From Bacillota bacterium (GTDB taxonomy: Bacteria; Planctomycetota; UBA8108; UBA1146), in NCBI GenBank assembly GCA_003973385.1, contig QNYK01000010.1, positions 4,519 through 68,518 of the forward strand: DNA of 64,000 nucleotides. The letters are read 5' to 3'. Within the stretch, counting starts at the first letter, position 1; each line of letters opens with the position of its first letter. Below the pieces are notes generated by a model. It worked only from the letters and a program-made list of their open reading frames with translations. It ran no database searches and had not been told where the DNA came from. This document shows, piece after piece, positions 41,104 through 51,919 of this stretch. Position numbers and translations under genes: made by a program.

Positions 41104-43239
41104 CTAATCAGCCATCTTTTCAGCCACCTTCAGGAACAGAGGCACGAATACAAGACTGACGATGGTCATCAACTTGATCAGGATGTTCAGTGAAGGACCG
41201 CTGGTGTCCTTGAATGGATCGCCAACGGTATCACCGACAACAGAAGCCTTGTGAGCATCTGATCCCTTGCCTCCATGCTGTCCCGTTTCGATGTATTTCT
41301 TTGCGTTGTCCCAGGCACCACCGGCATTTGCCATGAAGATGGCGAACAGCACACCGGTGACGAGAGCTCCCGCCAGAAGACCACCGAGTACCTGCATCGA
41401 CCAGCAGCCGACCGCAACAGGAACCACGATGGCGAGGAAGCCGGGCAACACCATTTCCCGCAGCGATCCCTTGGTCGAGATCTCGACGCAGGCGGCATAG
41501 TCAGGTTTTCCGGTGCCCTCGAGGATTCCCGGAATTTCACGGAACTGACGACGCACCTCTTCGATCATCGAGCCCGCCGCCTTTCCTACCGCCTTCATCG
41601 TCAATGCGGAGAAGAGGAAGGTCATGGCAGCCCCGAGGAACAGTCCGATGGTCACGTTGACATCGAGGATGTCGAGATTCTCGAAAATCGAAGCATCGAG
41701 TCCGAGGTCTTGGAGCCCTGCCTTCACCTCGTTGGAATAGGTGTTGAACAGTGCCAGTGCAGTGAGCGCTGCAGAACCGATGGCGAATCCCTTGCCGATC
41801 GCTGCAGTGGTATTTCCGACCGCATCGAGTGCATCGGTACGTTGACGAACTTCTGGATCGCAGCCCGCCATCTCGGCGATCCCGCCGGCATTGTCGGCGA
41901 CCGGTCCGTAGGCGTCGATGCCAAGCGAGATGCCCAGCGTCGAGAGCATGCCGACGGCACTGAGTGCGATTCCATAGAGACCACCAAAGTGATGTGCGAA
42001 GTAGATCGCAACACAGATCCACAACACCGGCCACACCGTCGACTGCATGCCGATGGCAAGACCACTGATGATGTTGGTTGCTGTTCCCTGCTCCGAATCT
42101 GCGGCAATCTTGCGCGCATGAGGCCCCTGCTCGGAGGTGTAATGCTCGGTGATCTTTCCGATGATGATTCCCAGAACGAGTCCTCCGACAAGGGTGCCGT
42201 AGACACCCCACTTGGTCGCTCCATCGGCAAACGGAAGGCTGTCCGCGGGCAACTTGGTGAACACGAAGGCGGCGAGAGCGGCAAAGATCACGCTGGCAGT
42301 CAGAAGACCATTGAAGAGCGCCGAATGAATCTTGCTCTCATCATTGGTCTTGACCACGGAGATTCCGATGATCGAGGAAATGGTTCCGAGCGCGCACAGC
42401 ACGATCGGAAGAGCCACCCACGGCATCACATCCGCGAGCATGTCTGCACCCTCGACCGTCGCGAAAGCCGCGATCCCGAGAGCCATGCATGCGATGATCG
42501 AACCGACATAGGACTCGAACAGGTCGGCACCCATGCCGGCAACATCGCCAACGTTATCACCAACGTTGTCCGCGATGGTCGCAGGGTTGCGCGGGTCATC
42601 CTCGGGGATTCCCGCCTCCACCTTGCCGACCAGGTCGGCGCCCACATCGGCAGCCTTGGTGAAGATGCCTCCGCCCACCCGGGCAAAGAGCGCGATGCTG
42701 GAAGCACCGAAGGAGAATCCGAACAGCGGCTTGATGAAGTTTTCACCGATTGCGGTATTGCCATGCCAGTAGTTGAACAGGATCGAGACTCCCATGAGAC
42801 CCAGGCCCACAACCGTCAATCCCATCACAGCACCCGATCTGAAGGCCACGGTGAGTGCGCCGGTGAGACTTTTCTTGGCAGCCTCGGTGGTCCTGACCGC
42901 ACTCATGGTTGCGGTCCTCATGCCGATCCAGCCCGCGACACCACTGGCGAGGGCACCCACGACGTACGAGATGGCGGTGGCTCCTTCATCTTCGACACCG
43001 AAGTAGAGGGCGATCGCCACGCACCCGGCGAACATTCCCAGCATCTTGTATTCCGTCTTGAGGAATGCCATCGCTCCCTGCTGGACGAATCCAGCCAGTT
43101 CCTGCATCCGCTCCGTTCCTGGAGATTGCTTCTTGATCCAGCCATTGAGGTAAAAGGCGTAGATCAATGAAACAACTGAGATGCCGATGCCGAGCATGGC
43201 ACCCTTCTCGCTGGTCAGGTAACTGACGATCAGATCCAT
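41104..43239 (-). CDS. hppA: Membrane-bound proton-translocating pyrophosphatase (H+-PPase)
   Basis: 711 aa, ~16 TM segments. Signature motifs: [52 protein letters not shown]. Confidence 0.9.
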   Translation of the reverse strand: MDLIVSYLTSEKGAMLGIGISVVSLIYAFYLNGWIKKQSPGTERMQELAGFVQQGAMAFLKTEYKMLGMFAGCVAIALYFGVEDEGATAISYVVGALASGVAGWIGMRTATMSAVRTTEAAKKSLTGALTVAFRSGAVMGLTVVGLGLMGVSILFNYWHGNTAIGENFIKPLFGFSFGASSIALFARVGGGIFTKAADVGADLVGKVEAGIPEDDPRNPATIADNVGDNVGDVAGMGADLFESYVGSIIACMALGIAAFATVEGADMLADVMPWVALPIVLCALGTISSIIGISVVKTNDESKIHSALFNGLLTASVIFAALAAFVFTKLPADSLPFADGATKWGVYGTLVGGLVLGIIIGKITEHYTSEQGPHARKIAADSEQGTATNIISGLAIGMQSTVWPVLWICVAIYFAHHFGGLYGIALSAVGMLSTLGISLGIDAYGPVADNAGGIAEMAGCDPEVRQRTDALDAVGNTTAAIGKGFAIGSAALTALALFNTYSNEVKAGLQDLGLDASIFENLDILDVNVTIGLFLGAAMTFLFSALTMKAVGKAAGSMIEEVRRQFREIPGILEGTGKPDYAACVEISTKGSLREMVLPGFLAIVVPVAVGCWSMQVLGGLLAGALVTGVLFAIFMANAGGAWDNAKKYIETGQHGGKGSDAHKASVVGDTVGDPFKDTSGPSLNILIKLMTIVSLVFVPLFLKVAEKMAD

Positions 43240-43438
43240 GTTGGTTTTCCTCCATCACGATGGTCATTGCTGATGCCCTGTGCCGGGCACCGACTGAACT
43301 GCGCTTGACCGGTGGCCGCGCCCCTCTTCAGGAATGGGTGCTTCTACCAGAAACCGAGATGCGCAGCAACCAGAACCGAGTCGCCGCGATGGAGACAAAC
43401 CGTTTAGTGATAAGGACTTGTGTGTAAATGCGTTGTTT

Positions 43439-44869
43439 TCAGCGCAGTTCGATGTACTGGCCGTTGTTCTGGACTGCCAGGGATCTCATGAATACCCGCA
43501 GTTTCCTCCCCGCCTGCTCGAATCCAACGGTGTTGACACGAATTCGCCGAAACCGATTCGCCTCACGCACCCACCTGAGGATGGGGACGGTATCGAGGAG
43601 CTTGTTGTCGCGACGCGGCGCTCCGTCCGAGAGCAGAAAGATCGCCTTCAGATTAGCAGCGCCAAAAGCTTCTCGGAGGGCGTGATCGGTCCAGGTTTCT
43701 CCCTGGGCATTGAACTTGCGCACGTACTGGATCGCCTCCCTCTTGCGCCTGGCCGATGCCAAGACAAGATTTTTTGACATGGCATGAACCTCGTGGTTGA
43801 AGGTGATGATATTGAACCGAACATCACCTGGCAACTTCTCGATGGTCCGGATCAGCTCATTCTGAACGCGCCGGATCCGCTGCCTCGACTCCTGCTGTGC
43901 TGGCGTTGGCGTTGGTTTTGGAGAACCATCAGGATTACCGACGTCGGTACCTCCGCCACCTCCGGGAGCGTCACCTGGATCCTCGGGCAGATCATCGACC
44001 ACTTCCATGCTTCCGGAAACATCCAGCAGGAACAGGACGTTCTTTGCCGCCACCTCCATGCCGAAGAACGCCGGCGGATCGCGCCGAACCGATGTCATGC
44101 CTTCCTTTCGCTCACTCGGATCAGGCCTTACATAGTCCTTCTTTCGGGGAGCCCAGAAATTCCTCCAGTCAGCAGCCACTCTGAAATCCTCGCCGACCAG
44201 TTTCAGCAGACACTTGCGAATCTCGTACGCGAGTAGGGTGCCACTGCGACCCACCTTCTCCTGCCTCGCCAACGCCTCGATCAGGTGGTCGACTGCGCCG
44301 AGATCATCTTTCTTGGCGAGTGCCTCGATGGCGGTCAAGGCCACCGCGTCCTCGGAATCGTAGAGGTTGGTCAGGACTGCGGTATAGGCGTCTCGTTCAG
44401 GGCGAGAGGAAAGCACCAGGGTCAGGATGACTCGCGCCGAGATTCGCTTGTCCCTTGTCGCGAGTTGACAGACCCGCTCGAATCCAGCACCTGGCTTCAA
44501 TCCGACCAGTTTGGATCCGATGTAGCGCTCGATGGCATATGAGTTGCCACCGAGACCGATCTGGACGACCGCTTCGATGGCCTTCTTGCTTCCATCGAGG
44601 ATCAGCGCATCTACCGCCCGTGAGGCCTCGTCAAAGCGGTCCTGCTGGATGGCCGAGGCGAGTTGAACTTTTGCACGGGAGATATCGCTGAGCAACGGCG
44701 CTTCGCCGGCGTCCGAGACTCCACACAGCAGAAAAATGGACACCAGGCACAGGAGAGATGCCTGTTTCTGCAGCGAAAGTTTCACGACGGCCGCAGCCCG
44801 TGCACCAATTCCCCACTCGAGGGGCGTACACAGGCTGGAGGCCGGTAGAGAGCGTATGGCGTGGGACAT
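43439..44869 (-). CDS. Secreted HEAT-repeat protein with C-terminal von Willebrand factor A domain
   Basis: Signal/TM LLCLVSIFLLCGVS, followed by HEAT-like helical repeats. The vWA MIDAS-containing segment is NVLFLLDVSGSM...ITFNHEV...IFLLSDGAP. The ATG is at 44869. Confidence 0.65.
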   Translation of the reverse strand: MSHAIRSLPASSLCTPLEWGIGARAAAVVKLSLQKQASLLCLVSIFLLCGVSDAGEAPLLSDISRAKVQLASAIQQDRFDEASRAVDALILDGSKKAIEAVVQIGLGGNSYAIERYIGSKLVGLKPGAGFERVCQLATRDKRISARVILTLVLSSRPERDAYTAVLTNLYDSEDAVALTAIEALAKKDDLGAVDHLIEALARQEKVGRSGTLLAYEIRKCLLKLVGEDFRVAADWRNFWAPRKKDYVRPDPSERKEGMTSVRRDPPAFFGMEVAAKNVLFLLDVSGSMEVVDDLPEDPGDAPGGGGGTDVGNPDGSPKPTPTPAQQESRQRIRRVQNELIRTIEKLPGDVRFNIITFNHEVHAMSKNLVLASARRKREAIQYVRKFNAQGETWTDHALREAFGAANLKAIFLLSDGAPRRDNKLLDTVPILRWVREANRFRRIRVNTVGFEQAGRKLRVFMRSLAVQNNGQYIELR

Positions 44870-45126
44870 CGCCAGCTTCCTTCCGGTGATCGGATCGAAA
44901 CGATGCCGACCCGATGGCATTGTAAACGCCTGCCCCATCGAAGGATAGCACCCAACATGCTGGTCGATTGGGCGCTTCCAGTGGATTGTCGTATTCTTTC
45001 CTGTCGGAGTGCCCCAGTGGCCACGACCCGTGGTGATGGTCTCTCGGGCGACCTCGTGGCCCGATCCTGTTTTTCGGCGTTGCCGAGCTGACTATTGCGC
45101 GCCATTCCCGTTTTGAGAGGGGGGGA

Positions 45127-47250
45127 TTGGAGCGTGAGGATGAGGATACAGTGGTTCGCTCCCTCTTCTTACGATCGCTGCTGCTGCTGCTCATCCTCAG
45201 CACCTGGTCCGGCTGCCACCGCAAGGGCGCCACTGCAGCAGCCACCAGTCCACTCATCGAGAACCTGTCGGTCCTGATCGAAACAAACTCTGCTTTCGTA
45301 CACTTCGATGTCATCGATCCAATCGAACGCACCTGGGATGCACAGATCTTCTTCAGCGACGACCTGGGTCAACAATGGCAACCTGCCACGCCAATCGCTG
45401 GCAGTCAGGGATATATCGAGTTGATCCCACCCTTCGAACCGGTCGTCACCGAATGGTCTTTTCGAGGTGATCTGATCACCTTGCCTCAGGCTGACATCCT
45501 CGTGGAAGTGCGCCTGTACGATCTCGAAGGAGTGTTGCACGCCTCCAGTAGAAGTGAACCATTAGCCATCGGTGACCCCACCACGCCATCGGTCGACTCC
45601 GTGACGATTCCATCTGGCCCCGTGGGTGGCCCCATCTCCATCGGTTGTCTCATCTCCGATGCGGATGATGATTTCGTGATGGTTCACATGGAGTGGTCCC
45701 TCGATGGAAATGAGCCCTGGAATCTGTCTACTCTTGATGCTCCGGGAGATGTCATCGTTGCGTGCGATAACGGGGTTACTTCCATCGAACTGATATGGCT
45801 CTCCCACATCGATACGCCGGGAGTTTTCAGTCCGTTCGCCAGGGTCCGCATTGTCGCCACCGACGCAGTGGGATCATCCCAGGCCACCAGCAACTACCTC
45901 GCTCTCAATACCATCCGACCGAGAATTGACGCCGTCACCATCGGTGAGGTCCCCGATTACCTCAATGGAAGCGAGCCATACAACGATGGATCTGCCGAAG
46001 CTGTGCCATTCCGGCTGTCGGTTCCGACTGTCGGCACGCAGATCAAGATCGCATGGAGTGCCGGAGTCGGCGGTGCTGCCCCCGACTCCGCGACAGTTGC
46101 CATCTCCGCAGACCGACCCATCGCAGGGCGAGGAAGCGGCGAACCACTTGAGGACCTGTTCGTCATCGAAGGATCGACCGCCTCCTGGAGAGTTTCGGAA
46201 CTGCACCCTCTGCCATTGGGCTTACTGACATTGACCGCCAACATCGACGACATCCGCGGCAACCCTGCCGAGGATCGGTTGTTCGAGGTACTGGTCACTC
46301 CCGGAGCTGCCTCGGCACGACCCTTCGACTGGCAGGACCGTTGGCATGTCGATTTCCAGCGCGACAATTACAGCGTCGGATTGCAATTGGACCAGTTCGG
46401 CAATTTCAGTCCCTTCGCAACTCCAGGTGCTGATGGTGAGGCTGACCACAGACAGGATCTGTTGACCGTCGGACTGCAGTCTGATCAGCCGACATCGGCA
46501 GCAGTGGCTGCAGGTACCGACATGCGGGTTCGCATGTGGGTCGAGCAGGCCATCATCGACCGGATGAAGTTCATTTTTGGTGAATCACCTCAAACTGGTG
46601 GAGAAGGCCTACAATCTCAATTGCAGATTCAGACCAGTGCCGTCGGTGCGACCAGCGCCATCGGCATCGGCGGCGATGATGTGGATCCGTACAGTTACGC
46701 ACTGGGGCGAGCAGCCTTCGACCACCGCAACAGTAGAGCCAATGATGAACGCGCCTCCAACCGTGGCGTTTTCTCCAGCAACATGGTGCAGTTCTACTGG
46801 AACTCATGGACCTTCAGGAATCGGTTTCAGGAGGTTCTCCCGCACCTGGGTGTACCGGTGGGAGAGCATTCCCTCGATTCCCTCGTCCTCGGTTTCGGTT
46901 TCGAGAGACTCGATCCGACCAACTCCGCTGCACAGAATCTGAGATACGACGGCGTCTGGGACGCGGTGGATGCCTGGAGCCGAATCAATGCAGTAGTGGC
47001 AGCCCATGAGGTGGGACATGCTGTCGGACTGTGCGCCAACGGCGCCCCTCCGACGGGACTGTTCGGGGGTGTCTCCAGCGCTGATTTCGCCGGCCCCTAC
47101 ACCACTTCATTTCACATCGATACACCAGGTTTGAATGTGATGTCATCTGCGCTAGGCCTGACCTCCGCACTCGTCGAGGGAGATGTCGGGTATCACCTCA
47201 ACCCATTGAACGAGGCATACATCGCCGAGTGGACCACGCTGGAGCCCTAG
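45127..47250 (+). CDS. Lipoprotein with Ig-like repeat region and C-terminal zincin-like HEVGHAVG motif (putative zinc metalloprotease)
   Basis: Signal plus lipobox-like LLLLLILSTWSGC, then repetitive beta-rich segments. The C-terminal AAHEVGHAVGLCANG is an HExxHxxG metzincin-like motif. The TTG start at 45127 has alternatives at GTG 45151. Confidence 0.55.
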   Translation: MEREDEDTVVRSLFLRSLLLLLILSTWSGCHRKGATAAATSPLIENLSVLIETNSAFVHFDVIDPIERTWDAQIFFSDDLGQQWQPATPIAGSQGYIELIPPFEPVVTEWSFRGDLITLPQADILVEVRLYDLEGVLHASSRSEPLAIGDPTTPSVDSVTIPSGPVGGPISIGCLISDADDDFVMVHMEWSLDGNEPWNLSTLDAPGDVIVACDNGVTSIELIWLSHIDTPGVFSPFARVRIVATDAVGSSQATSNYLALNTIRPRIDAVTIGEVPDYLNGSEPYNDGSAEAVPFRLSVPTVGTQIKIAWSAGVGGAAPDSATVAISADRPIAGRGSGEPLEDLFVIEGSTASWRVSELHPLPLGLLTLTANIDDIRGNPAEDRLFEVLVTPGAASARPFDWQDRWHVDFQRDNYSVGLQLDQFGNFSPFATPGADGEADHRQDLLTVGLQSDQPTSAAVAAGTDMRVRMWVEQAIIDRMKFIFGESPQTGGEGLQSQLQIQTSAVGATSAIGIGGDDVDPYSYALGRAAFDHRNSRANDERASNRGVFSSNMVQFYWNSWTFRNRFQEVLPHLGVPVGEHSLDSLVLGFGFERLDPTNSAAQNLRYDGVWDAVDAWSRINAVVAAHEVGHAVGLCANGAPPTGLFGGVSSADFAGPYTTSFHIDTPGLNVMSSALGLTSALVEGDVGYHLNPLNEAYIAEWTTLEP

Positions 47251-48357
47251 ATGCATGACAACATGAAACAGTTCAAGATCCTTCTGGTCATCGCAGGCTG
47301 TTGCCTGCACGGACTTCCATCAGTGGCCGCGGAAGATCCATGGCCACTGTTTAGCCACTCCGATCACGTCCTTCATGGCACCGTGGTCGAGATCATCGAA
47401 GGAGAGAGGGACCGCCTCTACAGGATCGCCATCGATCCAGGTACCGGAAGCGCCGGACCGGAGAGTTGGTGGCTGAGAGAGCCGGAAGGTGAGGGCACCG
47501 AGGGAATCGGAGCACTCCCTGGACACCGCGGGGCATGGCTCGTGGCTGACTATGCAGGAGGTGAATTTCCTGCTGCAGACGCCACGCTCCTGCCCGGCGG
47601 TCTTTTTTCCATCCAGGATCCGTCCGTTTTTCCAGCACTACAGCAACTCCTGGAACCCGATGTGGATCCAGCAATCCCTCTCGCACTTCTTGAAGCGACG
47701 GATGCCACGGTACGCCGGATCGCCATCGGCTGGTGGCGAGTTCGCGGCCCCGAACCTGACGTCAGACAGTTCAAGTTCATCTCGAATGCCTTTGGCCACG
47801 AGACCGACGCTGCAACACAAAGATCCTGGCTGGAATTATTCCTGCAACACGGTTGGAAATTCGAGCCAACGGGTCTTGCTGATCTGGTTCCCCACTCAAA
47901 GGATCCTGCAGTCTCGATGTTGACGCTGCAATATCTGAAAACGCACGGTACGCCCCGCCATTTCGCAAGATTGGTCAGTGCCTGGCCCGCTGCCGATTCA
48001 GCAGCAAAAATACGCCTTGCAACCGCCTATCGAGATCTTGGCATCGAAGAAGCGAGCCCCTGGCTGCTCCAGGGGATCACCGCGGATGATCCGTCATTGC
48101 GTCGCCATTGCATGGAGTCGCTGGGCATCTCGGATACTGCACCCTGCCGCAGTGCCATCCATTCGCTGTTGCACTCCACATCCGATGAAATTCGAACAGC
48201 AGCGCTCTACGGACTTGCGCGCAGCAGAAACCCCTGGGCATGGCAGTTGCTCGACATCACCATTTCGAATCTGTCCGGGTCAGATCCCCTGCTTCCACTC
48301 GCTACCGCTCTTCGAAAGCACCCGTGGAAGGTCCTCAACACGAGAGGAACACACTGA
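47251..48357 (+). CDS. Secreted HEAT/PBS-repeat protein
   Basis: Signal peptide MKQFKILLVIAGCCLHGLPSVAAE plus HEAT-like repeats (IRTAALYGLARSRNPWAW). It starts one nucleotide after the upstream stop. Confidence 0.55.
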   Translation: MHDNMKQFKILLVIAGCCLHGLPSVAAEDPWPLFSHSDHVLHGTVVEIIEGERDRLYRIAIDPGTGSAGPESWWLREPEGEGTEGIGALPGHRGAWLVADYAGGEFPAADATLLPGGLFSIQDPSVFPALQQLLEPDVDPAIPLALLEATDATVRRIAIGWWRVRGPEPDVRQFKFISNAFGHETDAATQRSWLELFLQHGWKFEPTGLADLVPHSKDPAVSMLTLQYLKTHGTPRHFARLVSAWPAADSAAKIRLATAYRDLGIEEASPWLLQGITADDPSLRRHCMESLGISDTAPCRSAIHSLLHSTSDEIRTAALYGLARSRNPWAWQLLDITISNLSGSDPLLPLATALRKHPWKVLNTRGTH

Positions 48358-48359
48358 CC

Positions 48360-50483
48360 GTGAACACCGAACTGAAGAGAATCCTCGACCAGAAGATACA
48401 CCTGAAGACTCCAGGTACCTTTCATCTGGGAACTGGCCGATGGGCACGGAAAGTCCTCTTCGATGGAGAGTTCTTCCAGTTCGCCAGTGACCAGACCCCG
48501 CTCCACTTTCCAGTATCCGACCTCTGGCAAGAGCATCTGGAACCGGCCCAGCTCGATTCCTTGCTGGCGCGCTGGTATTCAGAGACACGAGACATCGAAT
48601 TGCTGCTTGCGACGGTCGAGGAGCTGGATCCAGCGATATGTACAGAACTTTGCCTGAGCCAGGATTGCTGGGTGCTGGTCGATGCGTTTCTTTCATGCGG
48701 AGAAATATTCCTGTTTGAAGAAGTAGCCGCAGAACCGATCGAGATCAGCAAGGGAATCCACACGAAGTCGCTGTTGTCTGAACTCACTCAGCAACTCAAG
48801 ATGGTGGATACAGCCCTCAGCATCTTGCCGTCAGAAAAGGAATTGTTGCTGCTCTCCCCGATGGGAGTGCATGCCAGAGACGAACACCATTGCTGGTTCT
48901 TCTCTCGCATAGGGATGCTGATCGATGGATTCAGAACCATCCGCGAGATCGAATCGGACTCCCCCTTCTGCTGGACCTGGACCCGTCATCACCTCGCAGA
49001 AGCCGCCAGATCCGGGTGGGTCCTCAAGAAGAAGTTCCCTGAGCTGTCTCGAGTTCAACTCGATCAACTCGATGCCAGTGCCCGATCCGAGATGCTCCAC
49101 CAACTGGAGCAGGCAACACCGATGGCGGTCGAGCCCGTGAAGATCCTCGACCGATTGCGTCAACTTCACCGCATCTCCGGGGATCAGGAGGCCAAACGCT
49201 CCGTCGAGATACGCCTCGTCGAAGCTCACCGATCTGCCAGAGAACCAGAATCTGCCATTGCCATTCTCGACCACCTGCTTGCGGGAAAACCAGGGGACGA
49301 GGAAGCGTCCGGGATCCGCATCGAGATCCTCGTGGAACGAGCAGAGCAACTGCTCGCTGGAAGCCAGCCTGAAGAGGGTCGTCGTTATCTTCGAAGAGCG
49401 ATTGAAGTCTCCGACGATGACCAGTTGAGATTACAACTGATCGCATCGCACGACACTCCCCCGATGCAGATCCGCGAAGGGATCCGCATCGCATCTCTGT
49501 TGCACAGAAACTCACATCGAGAGAGATCTCTGAGGTTGGTGGACAGCCTCGAGGCTCTTCACCCGGAGAATGACCAGATGCAACGGGCCAGGATTGACTT
49601 CCTGCTCGATCACGGCGAGGAACAAGCATCGGAAGCCGCACTTGAGCGGCTCGCAGCACGCCATGCAGCAGAAGGAAACATCCAGCGCGCAAGACAGATC
49701 GCTGACAGCGTCAGAAAACTGCGCAGAAAGCGCGGGGTCGAGGATCAGCAGTCAAAAAAGGGGCGGATCGCACTCAGGAGAATTCGCCTGTTCTGCATGG
49801 TCGCGCCCTTCATCGCCATCGCCATCATCATCTCGGTAGCGGAGTTCTCGCTCCAGGGAGTGATTGCCAGCGCAGACACCTTGCCTCCCGATCAGTGGCG
49901 GCAGGAAGCTCAACCCTGGTTGCAATGGCTTCCTCCCGGACCCTGGAAGGAGGGCATCGAAAGCGCGGCCTTGCTCGTCGATGAACGAACCAAGGACAGC
50001 CGACGCAATTACGCCAGCGCTGCACAGGATGCACTCCAGGACGCACGCGGAGCACGGCTCCTCGGCAACCACCTTCAGGCGAGACAGCAGCTGGAGACCG
50101 CCATGAAGTTCGGAGCAGCCACTCAGGCCAAGCAACTGCTCGCCAGCTGGCGACAGCAAGATCGTGCCGCAGCAGATCTGCGCATTCTGGTTGAAAAGGC
50201 GCGAGACGTGACAGATCTACCGGCAGCTCGTCGCTGGAGTTTACTGCTCCTGGAACAATTTCCTTCCAATGATGCGACGATGGGATTGACCATCCCCGTT
50301 CGCATCGATTCAGGTGCGCAGACCAGGATGGTCCTGGAATCCGGTGAACGGATCGACCTCCCGACATGGATCGAGATCCCACCCTTCGGATCCAGAAAGG
50401 TGACGCTCGATCTGGGTGGAAGGCTCAGTGAATTTGTGATCACCGCCCAGGGGCCCGAATCGATCGTGCTGCCGAGGCCTTGA
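48360..50483 (+). CDS. Hypothetical membrane-anchored protein (707 aa): cytoplasmic helical/TPR-like repeats, one TM, extracytoplasmic C-terminal domain
   Basis: A GTG at 48360 lies immediately after the upstream stop. The track ORF's upstream 120 nt overlap the preceding gene. The TM is LFCMVAPFIAIAIIISVAEF. Confidence 0.5.
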   Translation: MNTELKRILDQKIHLKTPGTFHLGTGRWARKVLFDGEFFQFASDQTPLHFPVSDLWQEHLEPAQLDSLLARWYSETRDIELLLATVEELDPAICTELCLSQDCWVLVDAFLSCGEIFLFEEVAAEPIEISKGIHTKSLLSELTQQLKMVDTALSILPSEKELLLLSPMGVHARDEHHCWFFSRIGMLIDGFRTIREIESDSPFCWTWTRHHLAEAARSGWVLKKKFPELSRVQLDQLDASARSEMLHQLEQATPMAVEPVKILDRLRQLHRISGDQEAKRSVEIRLVEAHRSAREPESAIAILDHLLAGKPGDEEASGIRIEILVERAEQLLAGSQPEEGRRYLRRAIEVSDDDQLRLQLIASHDTPPMQIREGIRIASLLHRNSHRERSLRLVDSLEALHPENDQMQRARIDFLLDHGEEQASEAALERLAARHAAEGNIQRARQIADSVRKLRRKRGVEDQQSKKGRIALRRIRLFCMVAPFIAIAIIISVAEFSLQGVIASADTLPPDQWRQEAQPWLQWLPPGPWKEGIESAALLVDERTKDSRRNYASAAQDALQDARGARLLGNHLQARQQLETAMKFGAATQAKQLLASWRQQDRAAADLRILVEKARDVTDLPAARRWSLLLLEQFPSNDATMGLTIPVRIDSGAQTRMVLESGERIDLPTWIEIPPFGSRKVTLDLGGRLSEFVITAQGPESIVLPRP

Positions 50484-50488
50484 GATCA

Positions 50489-51919
50489 TCAGGACTGCTG
50501 AATCAAGCGCTGCAGGATCTGCTGCACCTTGCGGGGATTGGCCGCTCCTTTACTTGCCTGCATCACCTGCCCGGTAAGAAATCCCATCAACCTGGCATCT
50601 CCCGCACGGATCTTGTCCACAACATCCGGATGTGACTCGAGCACACCCTGAACCCACGCCATCAGTGTCGACTCGTCGCTGACCTGCTCACTGGTCCCGG
50701 CCAGGATCTCGGTCGGAGATCTTCCATCGGCGATGGACTGCTGAAGAATCTCGCGCCCCTTCGCGACACTGATTCGATCCTCCTCCACCGACTTCACCAC
50801 TGCCGCAATCGACTCCGCCGTCAACGGGTAATCATCCAGATTCAATTCCAGCTCATTGAGGTGTCTCAGCACCTCCCCACGAAACCAATTGGATGCGGAA
50901 GCCGCGGATAACCCGGCAGCCATCATCGCATCGAAGAAATCGCCGAACTCTCTCCTGGCGAGAATTGACTCGGCCTCGCGCGGAGCGATCTGCAACTGCT
51001 CGACGAGTCGCACTCGTCTGCTCGCTGGAGTCTCGGGTAAGGACGAGCGTTCACGCTCGATGTCAGTCAACTCGATGATCACCACCGGAAGGTCCGGATC
51101 GGGGAAGTAGCGGTAATCTGGAGAATCTTCCTTGCCCCTCATCTCTTCGGTCACCTCATCCTCTTGATGCCACAGGCGCGTCTCCTGCCGGATGACGCCT
51201 CCCGCTTCCAGAACCTGGATCTGGCGTGCGGATTCCACCTCGACAGATCGCTGGATCGACACGAAGGAGTTCAGATTTTTCAGTTCGGTTCTGGTGCCGA
51301 GTGGATCGGATCCTGTCGGTCGGACAGAGACGTTGACGTCGGCCCTGAGGTTGCCCTTTTCCATGTCTGCATCACTGACCCCGATCCAGCGCAAGATCTC
51401 GCGGGTCGATCTGACACAGTTCGCTGCCTCGACTCCGCTCATCGGTAAAGGCTCGGTGACGATCTCGAGCAGTGGACTGCTACAACGATTCAGATCGATC
51501 CTGCTGGTCTGATCGTCTGCGTGGATGGATTTCCCTGCATCCTCTTCCATGTGGATGCGCACCAGCGGAAGTACTGCATCGGTACCGTCCTCGCGTGGGA
51601 AGTGAATCTCGCCTCCCAGTGCATACGGGCGGTAAAACTGGCTGATCTGGTATCCCTTCGGCAGATCGGGATAGAAGTAATTCTTGCGATCGAACCTGCT
51701 TTCTGGCTGGATCTGACACCCGAGACTGATGGCGGCCCGGATCGCGCGTCGGACCGCTTCCGCGTTGAGCACCGGCAACGCTCCAGGCCAGCCGGTGCAA
51801 ACGGGGCAGATATTGTGATTGGCCTCGGCACCCGTTTCACGGACGCAGGCGCAGAACATCTTGGTTTCGGTCGACATCTGGGCATGAATCTCCAGCCCGA
51901 CAACTGTTTGCCAAGTCAT
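50489..51919 (-). CDS. gatB: Asp/Glu-tRNA(Asn/Gln) amidotransferase subunit B
   Basis: MTWQTVVGLEIHAQMSTETKMFCAC is the GatB N-terminus. It has a C-terminal YqeY-like tail. It forms an ATGA overlap with gatA. Confidence 0.9.
   Translation of the reverse strand: MTWQTVVGLEIHAQMSTETKMFCACVRETGAEANHNICPVCTGWPGALPVLNAEAVRRAIRAAISLGCQIQPESRFDRKNYFYPDLPKGYQISQFYRPYALGGEIHFPREDGTDAVLPLVRIHMEEDAGKSIHADDQTSRIDLNRCSSPLLEIVTEPLPMSGVEAANCVRSTREILRWIGVSDADMEKGNLRADVNVSVRPTGSDPLGTRTELKNLNSFVSIQRSVEVESARQIQVLEAGGVIRQETRLWHQEDEVTEEMRGKEDSPDYRYFPDPDLPVVIIELTDIERERSSLPETPASRRVRLVEQLQIAPREAESILARREFGDFFDAMMAAGLSAASASNWFRGEVLRHLNELELNLDDYPLTAESIAAVVKSVEEDRISVAKGREILQQSIADGRSPTEILAGTSEQVSDESTLMAWVQGVLESHPDVVDKIRAGDARLMGFLTGQVMQASKGAANPRKVQQILQRLIQQS

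Noticed and set aside
45095-45277. 60-aa ORF MRAIPVLRGG… overlapping the start of the metalloprotease-like lipoprotein gene in another frame
   Set aside because: It is poly-Cys/Ser low complexity (DRCCCCSSS) produced by the out-of-frame signal-peptide Leu codons (CTGCTGCTG).
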